A DNA stretch of 20,000 nt, taken from contig NGBS01000893.1 in the NCBI GenBank assembly GCA_002245135.1, forward strand, positions 114,164-134,163, read 5' to 3'. Numbering within the stretch: position 1 is the first letter of the stretch; each line of letters opens with the position of its first letter. The position numbers and the translations under genes were made by a program. The stretch is from Proteromonas lacertae (taxonomy: Eukaryota). Below the pieces are notes generated by a model. It did not search any database and was not told the DNA's origin. It saw only the letters and a list, made by a program, of their open reading frames with translations. Of the stretch, positions 9,501 through 20,000 are shown piece after piece.

Positions 9501-12500
9501 ATTCTTCATTCCAAAAACTGATAATAAAAGAGAAAGATTAAATACATTATTAAGTGGAGCAGATAGTGATGAAATAGCTATTGATATAATAGCAGATGAA
9601 ACAAAAGAAGAAAGTAAAAGTAATATAAATAGTAAAAGACAATCAAAAATGGATAATTCAACCACACCTAAAACACCAAAATCATTATCCTATCCATCAA
9701 CAACAATAGCAGTAGCAACAACAACAGAAGAAGAAAAGAAATATGATGAAGAAGGAAAAATTGATTTTCAAAAGAGTGTTGATACAGTAACAACATCTGA
9801 AAGTGAAAGTAATACAGCAACACCAATGGTTAATAATTATAATAACACATTTATGTCTGGTAATACGAAAGGATATTTAAATGGAATTCCATTATTAGAT
9901 GAACCATCTGATAATGAAAATGAATCAGATGATGAAAGAGAAAAACAACTAGAAAGAGAAGCTAATAAAAATTCAAAAGGAATTAATCTATTATATCTAT
10001 CTGAAGAAGATTTAGAGATAATAAACAGTAGTATGTTAACAGTTCAGGGGTTATTCTCATCCAAAGATGTTAAAGGATTACAAGAGAAATTACAAAGTGT
10101 TTATGACCATTTAAACAGTGCAATTGAGTTATATAGTATCTTAACAAGATGTCAAAACTTATTTTGTTATTTGAATTTGATAATGTATTCTTCAGAAGAT
10201 GTACAAACTGAATTGGGTAAGAATGCTGATATGTATTTTCTCTCAGAAGAAAGGTTCTTGTTATTATTACAATCAATGACAAGATTAAAATGTTATTATC
10301 AAGTAACGAATGATCAGGAGATACAAATTGGTCTAAAAGACACTTTGAGTCAGTTTGAAAGTGTATTAAAAGATATTCACGATTATTTAATGAAAAAACA
10401 ACAACAATTTCCACGATTTTATTTCTTAAGTAATGATGATTTAATTGATGTTTTATCACATCGTAATGATGCTGAGTATGTTATTAAACACCATATACAA
10501 CACTTATTCCCTTCTATTTCATCTATGTCTTCAGTTGAAGGCGATAATAATAATAAAAATCCATCTCCTCCATCATCAGCACCACAGTTTTTAGTTATTA
10601 GAAAATTTACTTCACATCTACAGACAGAATCTTTGTTATTATATAAGAATATTCCATTAGTTGGTACTCCAGATGAATATTTAAGATCATTGGATGATGC
10701 AGTAATTACAAGTTTAAAGTGTTCAATATTAAAAGCAAAAATACTATTTGAAAGAAAAGAAGGAAGAATTAAATGGTTAAATCAAAAATATGTAGATGAT
10801 AGTTATGAATATAGTGAACAAATTGGACATGTTGTTTTACATGGTTATTTTTGTCAACAAGTTGAAGATCATATTAGAAAGAAGAGTTTAAATGTTTTAG
10901 CTAAAGAATTCAGCAATTTAATTACCTTAGTTTCAAAGAAATTAGAAACTTTAACAAAATATAATGATAGACGAAGAGCTGAGAATTTAGCATTAGTTTA
11001 TTTAGTTGAAAGAGATTTAGTTAGATATTTACAGGATAAGAAAGTGACTGATATATCTAATTTTGAATGGATTAGACAATTTAGATATGTAATTGAAGGA
11101 GAAGAGAATGATGAAAATGAAGAAGGAAAAGATGGAGAAGGTGGTGAAAGTCCAAAGAAAACAGATGGATCTTCACCTGAACAAAAATCAGGTAGAAAAA
11201 GTATATCTAGAAGAAATAAAAGTAAATCAGCCAAAGGAAAAGCATTAATATATGCTGAAGAACCAGCTCCAGCTGTAGGTAGTGTATCTGTATTAGTTGG
11301 AAGTCAATCTTATAATTACTGTTATGATTATTTAGGTGATATTGTTCCAATATTCTTAACACCTAACTTAAATACTTTGACATTCTCAATTTATAAAGCA
11401 TTTGAGTTTTATCAAGGTAGTATGTTAATTGGTGGAAGTTGTAGTGGAAAATCTACAGTTGTACAAAGATTATCTTATATCTTTGGAAAATATATCTTTC
11501 CAGTAACTTGTTCACCTGCATTAGATGAAGTTTATATTACCAATATCATGAATGTATTACAAGGTGCACAAATTTGGGGATATTTTGATAAAATAGACCA
11601 ATTACCAGTTGAAGTATTATCAACATTGTCAAGTTTATTAAGAGAGTTTTACCATCGATGTATCTTATTTTCCCATCAAAATATTGGTGTTATTTATCCA
11701 TTAGTTTTATCTAGTGTAACTACATCAAAGAATATCAATGAAACTCATTTATCACCAGTTTGGAGTTCATTAAAGACATTCTTCAGACCGAATACTTGTG
11801 CATTACCCAATTTAAGGCAATTAACAGAATCTCTTCTTTTATCTAAAGGTTTTGGTAGAGAATCATCTAATTATGCAGCAACCTTAATGAGTATTAGAAG
11901 ACAATGTATTAAACTATTACCACCTAAATTATACTATAACTTTGATTTCAGATCGATTAAGTCCATATTCCAATTAGTTAGTATAAGAAGAGGTAAAAAA
12001 GATGCACCTGACTTAAGAACTATTTTTATTACATCCATTATAGATGTAATTGGTAGTAAAATAGATTCTGAAGATTTGAAGACATTTGAAACAATTATGA
12101 ATTGTTCATTCCCACATATGACATATCAAAATGGTCAAAGTCCATTAGATTCTAATGAATATTTATTAGTTTGTGATAGTTTGGGATTATGGAATCGTCC
12201 AGTAGATCAAGACGAGACTAATTATTATATAAATCAATCGCAAATATTACACTCATTAATTGATATTAACAATATTGTATTCTTAGTTGGACCATCATTA
12301 TCAGGTAAAACTACTACAATACAAATATTAAAGAGATTGTTAAATATTGAACATATGAAATTGATATATCCAAATTCATTTTCATTTGAAGAATTAATGG
12401 GAATTACTGAAGCTGATACACACACATATAAAAGTGGATTATTTATATCATTATTAAGGAAAAGTCAGAAAGATGGTGGAAATACATTTTTAACTGTAAA

Positions 12501-15500
12501 TGGTGTAGTTTCTGGCTTATGGGGTGAAATGATAAGTTCTTTATTAGATAATTCAGGTTGTTTGAACTTACCATCAGGTGAATATATTTCATTAGAAAAT
12601 AATATCAAGTTATTCTTTGAAACAAGTACATTAATCAATATTACACCAAATATCTTAACAAAAACATCATTATTGTATTATCCAATTAAAAAACAGTATA
12701 AATATATCATTAATCAATGGATTTATAAGAGATGTGAAAGAAATAGAGAAATTCAACAAACGCTAAAAGAAAAATGTCAAACTTTTGTTTATGAGAATGA
12801 TGTATTAATAAAACTATTATATTCCTGTTGTGACCAGATGTTTTTCTTCTGTAAAGAACGAATTTATAACAATTTCCCAGTGAATGAAATAATTTTAGTT
12901 TATAAGTTTATTCAATTGTTGGAAATGCTATTAAATGAAATTAACTTGCCTACTCATGCTTCAATGAATAATGTGATAATTGCTTATGAAAGTTGTATTA
13001 TATATGCATTAATCTGGAGTTTTGGTTCATTTATAATCGATAGAAATCATATCAATATCACTCAATTATTTGATAGAGAAATTAGAATATTAATCGATAA
13101 GAGATTTAAAAGATTAAAATCAAATTTATTCTCAGATGAATTGAATGTATTTAAATATTATTTAAAGATGGAGAATGTAGCATCTGGTAATACAAATGAT
13201 ATATTTGCTTTATGGGATACAAATGAAGAGATTCTTCCAAACATTATAGTTACATCAGATTGTAATATATACAATATCTTAGTACCAACCACTGATATAA
13301 TAAAATCATATTTCTGGTGTAATTTCTGTTTAAAACATAATCAAAATACTATTTTATGTAGTTCAGAATCAACTGGTAATACTCAATTACTACATACTTT
13401 AGTTTATCACTATAAAAAGAATAATAAGAATTATATATCTTATGCTTGCGAATATGATTCTACTGCCAATACATTAAAATCATTAATCGCCAATGCAACA
13501 AGTCATTATGAGAATAAAAACACCATTTTCTATCATACAGCTAATAATGAACCATTATATGTATTTTTAGATGATGTTAGTTCAATTAGTACTGAAGAAC
13601 AATATCCAAGTCTATTATCCTTCTTTAAAGAATATACTGAAACTGGACAATGGTATGATTTAGAAGGAAAAAGAAATAAAATTGATGATTTAGCTGTAAC
13701 TGGTGCATTTAATCATTCATATTGTCATAAACTGATGAATGAAGAAATAATGAAAGAGTTTTATGTTTTTAATAGAAGTGATCCATCTGCTCCATTTTAT
13801 GAGAAGATTATACACAATATTTATTCACTTTTTATAAAAAGAATATTCCAGAAGCAAAAATATCATCTTTACTTCAATATACAGCTACTTTAGTTAATCA
13901 ATTGAGTATAAAGTTCAAACCATCACCATTAAAACCTCATTATATATTCGATTTTACAATGATTAGAAACATATTGCAAAACTTATTATTATCAACATCT
14001 GATACAGTTTCAACAATAGAATCACTCTCTAATATATGGTATTATGAAGCTCAAAGAGTTATTCTTGATAGAATGTTAGATAATAATGATCTGAAAATAG
14101 CCAATGATATATTAGTAATTCCAGCAAAGAGAATGGGAATAGAAGTAGGAGATGAAGTATTATATGAGAATTTAAAAAGAACTGATGATAGTTATTACGA
14201 TCAATTGGATAAAGAGTCATTATGTAGTATAATAAAGCATAAACTAACAGAATATGAGACTAATAATGGAAGTCTATCATTTTATCAACATCCCAAAGTG
14301 TATAGTGATATAATCCATATATTACATGATATTGACACTTACAATCCAATTACACTATTAATTGGTAAAAAAGAATTGTTATTAAAAGATATGGCATTAT
14401 TTGCTGTTTATTTATCAGGTTATAAATTAGTTCAACCTTTAAAATCTGAACATTCAACAATTTCTGAGTTTTATGATGAATTGAAAAGAGCTTATCAAAG
14501 AGCAGGAGATGATAATGAATATACTGTTTTTGTTGTTTCACAGAGTGAATTAAACGATCCAAAAATATACAATTTATTATATCAGCAATTTATATGTAAA
14601 AATTATGAACCATTCTTTAGTAATGATGAAATACAAAGAATAGAAGAAACAATGAGTGAAAAAATGAAAGATGTTGATTCAACTATTACTGGTTGGGATA
14701 AATATAAACAAGAAGTATCATCTCGAGTAAAATGCATATGTATTGTTAAAGATATGATTGATTTTACTAAACATATAGAACCTTATAATAAATTCTTAAA
14801 AATGGTAAATTACAAGTATTTGACAGGTATATATCCTGAAGTATTAAGAACGATCATTCATCAAACTTATACAAATAATACTAACAATTTGATTAACTAT
14901 TTAAAAAGAAGTAAACTATCAGATGATCAACATCGATTTGCAGAAGATGTATTCTATTTCAGTTATGATATGGTTAATACAATATGTCAAGAAATAAAAG
15001 AAAAAGAAAAATTGGAATATTTCATTGCTGATTATAAACTAGTAGATTCTATTTTGCTATTTAAGAATTTAATGATGAAAAGACAGGAAGATATTAGTTA
15101 TAATTCACATATAATGATTAGTGGACAAGGATTAGTGGAAAATGCATTACAGTTAATCCGAGAAAGTGGAGAAACCCATAGAATGAAGTCAAATCTATTA
15201 TCAGATTATAAAGCAAGATTTGAAGCAGCTGTACATGAGAAAGAAGATCTACAGTTGTCATTAACAGATGAAAATACTGAATATGATGAACTATCATCAA
15301 AACTAAAGGATTTGAGAGAAGTGATGAATAATTTGAAGAAGAAAATATCTGATACAATTGATCCAGTAATGGATAATATTAATATGGCTTTAAGTCAAAT
15401 AGCTGAAGTTGATTTGGATCAAGTTGCTAATAATCAAAACCCTGATAAATTCTATGCATATGTTTTATCATTATTTATTGAATTATTTTATGGCATATTC

Positions 15501-18500
15501 TTTAGAAAAGATGAATTGAAACAGAATGCATTTAAAAGAGGAAGATATGTGTTAGATAAAGATGGTAATTTGAGATTAAGAAAAGACTTCTATACTTGGT
15601 TTGAGATAAGAGATTTATTATTCAATAATGAACATAATGTGAGAAGCTTTAAACAAATATTAGAAACAGATTTTATACAGAAGATGGACGAAAAGAAAGT
15701 TCCAGCTGCTAATTTCACTAGAACTAGAGAAAAGATGATCTATTTATATACATTCATTAAACCCAATGAATTACCTGATATACATCCTGTTTTATTACCA
15801 TTACACAACTGGGTAATTCAAATAATTCAATTACAAAAAGAAAATTCAAGAGATTTATACAACTAGACAAGAATTAGCTAAGAAACAAGAGGAAGAACAG
15901 AAAATAATGAAAAGATATAATGAATTAGAAGCTGTTGCTGGTGATAGAAGAGCTAAATTCCAAGAAGCAAAAGAATATGCTGTGAAATGTGAGAAACAAT
16001 ACTTTGATTTACAAGAGGAGTTGAAGATGTTAACATCATCTCTTAATCGTAATAGATTATTCTCCAATATAATGATTAATGCAAAGGATGTGTATGAACC
16101 AGACTGTAAACATCAATTAGCTAAAGAAAGATCCATTTTAGGTGATTGTTTGTTAGTTTCACAAGTAATGACTTATTCAATAATGTTACCTGAGAGATAT
16201 AGAAGGGAGTATAAGTCCAAGTTAATTGAACATATTACCTCATCAGGAATATTCTTGTGTGATAATGATGATTTGATTGAACAATATTCAGAATTTTCTC
16301 AAACATGTTTGTTAGATCAAGCTTATTTGCCTCATGTTAATTCTTATAGAGAGAATACTGGTAGAATATTTGATTCAAAATATCTCTTATATGTTCATGA
16401 CCCTGATTATCAGTTCTTTGGATGGTTTAGTAGACAGATTCCAGCTGATGATTTAATTGTATGTTTTATATATATATATATATATATTTAATATATTATA
16501 TAGGTTATACCATTCACACATCAAGAGTTTGTATCAGCATTTGAAGAATCCTTATCAGGAGGAAAATACATAATTATCACAGATGTTCCAACAAAACTAG
16601 ATAATTACCTATTATCCTTCTCATTATATTACAGAAAGTATAAGCATAAGATGATCAAGCCTTGGGAATTGTTTGGACCATCAGGTATATCAATGAATGA
16701 GAATACAACAGTAATACTTCACAATACTGTTTATACAAGCTCCTTTTCACCTGGAAATATTCTATCATTGTCAATTAATCGATTTTTCAATATATACTGA
16801 AGCATTAGAATGCTAGTTTAGTAGATTTAGCTAATTTCCATCAAGAACCATCTTCTGCTGTTGGAAGAGATAAATTAACAGAAATGTCTAATGGTGCAAG
16901 TATATTATATTGTTATTTATTTATTTATTAATATAGAGACTGAATTACTTAAATATATGAGAGAAATTAAAGACTTTATTCTTTACATATATGAGACTAA
17001 AGATGATCAACCTGATGGATTCTTATGTAAAGATGAAGATGTTGAAAGAATAAAACAATTATTAGATATAATCGAAACAAAAGAAAAGAAGATTGATTCA
17101 TTATCGAAAGATATTCAGAGATATAATGAAATGAGAGCAGATTTTATAGAATCATCAAAACAAGCAGCTGCAGCAATAATGGACTTATATAATTTATCAA
17201 AGTATAAGAATTATTGTTTATATATATATATATTTATTATTAAATAGTTAAATACTGTTTATTTATATTCATTGAATTACATTTTAGCATTATATAAAAA
17301 GGCATTGGATGAAGTATTAATGAATGTAGAAATATTACCAAAAGCTCCATTAACAACTGATAAAATAGACACAGGTGCAAGTTATACCCATCAATTCATT
17401 CATTTAGCAATTGATAACTTAGAGAAATTTGGAACTGATGCAAATATTGAGAAGATAAGAAAAGAAACAAGAGGTGAAAGACAAGAAAAAATATCATCAG
17501 AAGGATTGAAATATGTTTATAAAATGGTATCATATGGTTTAAAGTATTCTGAACGATTAACAATAGCTGGTTATTTAGTCTTGAATTCATTCGCAAGAGA
17601 AATAAGATAGATAAGAATATATATCAATATTTATTTGCACCTGTTAATTATTATACAAACATAGTGAATGGTATTCCAGCTGTTTCATCATTATCTCCAT
17701 TTTGGCCTGAGAATAATCCACAATATGTGAAAGAAACTCCTTACCCTGATATATCTAGGAAAGAAATCCCTTGGTTAGAAGATATACAATGGTGTGGACT
17801 TGAATTTATGGAGAAAAAGGGATTATTAATAGAGAATTACGTTCATACTATCCAATCAAATGATGAGAAATGGAGAAATTGGATAAATGCTGAAGATCCA
17901 GAGAATATTGAATTTCAACAAGTAAATAGAATCTTCAAGACTGATATGGGCAAATGATCCAACAGGATTCTTTCAATTGGTGTTTTTAAGATTTGTTAGA
18001 CCTGATAGATTTGAATTTACTATTGAACATTATTTACGAAATAATCAACAAGATATATTATTAAATCCAAATGGTAATATTAAAGATGTTATTAACTATC
18101 TAAATCCATCTTTCCCATTATATATTACACAGACAGATGGTATGATTCCTTATGAAACATTCACCTCTATATTTGAAAGTAAAAAAGGAACTTTGACAGA
18201 AAGTGAAATATATTTCTTATCACTTTCTTCTATGTCTTTAGATAGAGTGGAAGGAGTATTACAAAATGCGTCAATAAAGGATGTTGGGTTGTATTAATCA
18301 ATTTGAATATATTAGCGAGTTGGAGTGTGAAATTATCCTCAATATTAAGACAAGTAATGAAAGAAGCTCATTCTTTCTTTCGAGTAATAATAATTGCTGA
18401 AGAAGATAATGAATTATTACATTACAATTGCGAAGAACTGTTTAAAATATAGTTTAAATTCTTCTTATAATTTTGTATCAACTTACAACGAAGTTGGAAT

Positions 18501-20000
18501 ATAATCTATAACAAAGACAAATTCAGTGCTGCTCATAAGATGGGAATAGGTAAATTATTATATTCGTTGAGTTTATTACATACAATTTGTAGTTGTCGAA
18601 ATAATTTTGGTAATTATGGTTGGAGTCGAGTTTATGATTTTGATAATGTGTTATTACAACACGATGTGCTGATGGAATGTATGAATTTGTGAAGAATAAT
18701 ATAAGTGAAATCGATTATGAAGCTGTGAAATGGTTAATTACAGATACATTGTATAAATATATTATTATATTTTAATATAATTCTTATTTTATAATAATAG
18801 TTACGGAAATCAAATGGAAGATGAAGTAGATCGAGAAACTCAATATATATTGTAATACAATATTCACAAAAGATTTCTTCTCTTATTCAAATAATGGCAA
18901 TATTTTATGCAATAGCAATTCCTGAAAACTTTGTACCTGATACAGTAAATGATTTCTTACCAACAATTCATATATGTGAATCTAGTTTTATTGGTTTAAG
19001 TAGTTATTATTACAATACAATAAGAATCAGTAAGACAGAACAAGTAAGTGCTTTCTATAATATGGATCATAATAATGATATATATGTAAAGAAGAAGAAA
19101 AAGTAGAAAATCAAATGGATATTCAAGCCTTAGTAAAGATGGTTGAAAAATGGGAAAATTTAAAGTATAAATAATATATAATAATATATATATAAATAGT
19201 ATAAAGAAATGGGAAAGTAAACCTCGACGAAAGAGTTTAGCAGATCCATCTGATCCTCCAAGAGGTCCACCACCCTCGAGTAATGCCATTTTATGAATTA
19301 TTAGAAGAAGAAGTAGAACATTACTTAAAAATCAAAGAAACAATCACATTAGAATTGAAATTATTAGTTGAAGGGTTAAAGAAAGATAGTTTATCAATGA
19401 TTTATTATGTTTATATAACTGTATATTAGATAAGAGAGTTCCTGGTACAAAATCTAGTGATATAGTGAATTGGATTTCAATATCTTGGGAAACATTAAAA
19501 TCATTAAGTGAATTTCTTGCTGATATGTCCTATCGATTTAATCGACTTCAATTATGGTGTGATAAAGCTCCAATTCCTCCAGTTATCTATTACAGTGGTT
19601 TAATTAATCCATATAAATTGAGATTAGCTTTATATCAATCTGTATATATATATATATATTTATATAATAATAATATAAATAGGCTTGTATAGTTGATACA
19701 AATTCTAGTATAAATGATTATGTAATAGATTCATGTCCAACTAATTATGCAAGTTATCAAGCAATCAAAGATACTCCAGAAACAGGTGTATATCGATGGA
19801 TTATCATTATATGGAGCTAAATATTATCAACCTCCAGATCATTCTTCGTGTGGTTTTATAGCTGATAGTGGTCCAAATGATTTAATATGTGGAATGCCAG
19901 TGTTGAGTTTATGTGCAATTCCTATTAATGATAATTGGGGAAGAAGACCTGATGGAGATATAAAATATCTAAAAATCTATTCAATTGTCCAGTTTATAGA
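6525..20000 (+). CDS. ODA11: Divergent axonemal-type dynein heavy chain with N-terminal Kelch propeller, IPT/TIG and filamin-like domains (outer-arm alpha / ODA11-type); 3'-truncated by the window
   Basis: ATG 6525 (MSTENEGKK after splicing). Introns at 6535-6608, 6735-6764, 7291-7335, 8311-8345, 16459-16503, 16900-16936, 17202-17247, 18751-18800, 19165-19199 and 19642-19682. Kelch repeats (PAPRMGHT...IFGG, ~6610-7710), IPT (LNPPKG..SGG...CTTP) and filamin (SGGDTF...DNNNGTY). Linker motif FPRFYFLSNDDLIDVLS, then FEWIRQFRY, YCYDYLG, AAA2 GPSLSGKTT, LNLPSGEYI.L, PHYIF, a stalk coiled coil, LGDCLL, RPDR, GCWVVLIN and CPVY. Frameshifts at ~13830, ~15842 and several more in 16770-19960. The symbol denotes the family type, not proven orthology. 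Confidence 0.9.
16468..16487. repeat. (TA)n microsatellite inside a dynein intron; similar tracts at ~17219-17232 and ~19643-19658
   Basis: Direct reading: tatatatatatatatatata within intron 16459-16503. Confidence 0.85.
19670..20000 (+). repeat. Right arm of inverted repeat (end of last intron plus last exon of the dynein gene)
   Basis: Reverse complement of 5820-6154. Confidence 0.95.

Noticed and set aside
17608..17665. Possible non-canonical intron or stop read-through at TAG 17608-17610
   Set aside because: A shifted frame reads IDKNIYQYLFAPVNYYTNIVNG straight into the next ORF, so a missing A near 17600 explains it.
480..19289. Short antisense ORFs (e.g. 480..704, 1624..1872, 4327..4617, 9206..9481, 10070..10459, 18996..19289)
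   Set aside because: They are shadows of well-supported genes on the other strand, with Ile/Leu/Phe/Ser-biased composition and no motifs.
1..20000. Alternative genetic code to explain the fragmented ORFs
   Set aside because: The breaks are frame changes rather than in-frame stops, long ORFs have no internal stops, and TAA and TGA end genes at the expected C-termini.

Overview
Very AT-rich eukaryotic genomic DNA (standard code, short 28-74 nt GT-AG introns, a TGTTTGTT motif after one gene), most consistent with a Blastocystis/Proteromonas-type stramenopile; the organism is inferred, not shown. It holds four genes: (1) the 3' part of a GLUG-like/beta-helix plus mastigoneme-type EGF protein, (2) a glutathione S-transferase, (3) a BTB/BACK-Ig-SPRY-like protein, and (4) a >13.4 kb Kelch-IPT-filamin dynein heavy chain of the outer-arm alpha (Chlamydomonas ODA11-type) class that runs off the right end. 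Two observations stand out. The dynein has lost its catalytic motifs (AAA1 Walker-B Glu to Lys, AAA3 P-loop Lys to Asn, no AAA4 P-loop) yet keeps its whole domain order, suggesting a pseudo-motor. Also, an inverted copy of the dynein's last exon sits just upstream of its start and is fused through an 8-nt microhomology to the 3' tail of a BTB-SPRY paralog, so the dynein gene body lies between inverted repeats. The many frameshifts sit mostly in homopolymers and are probably long-read errors.
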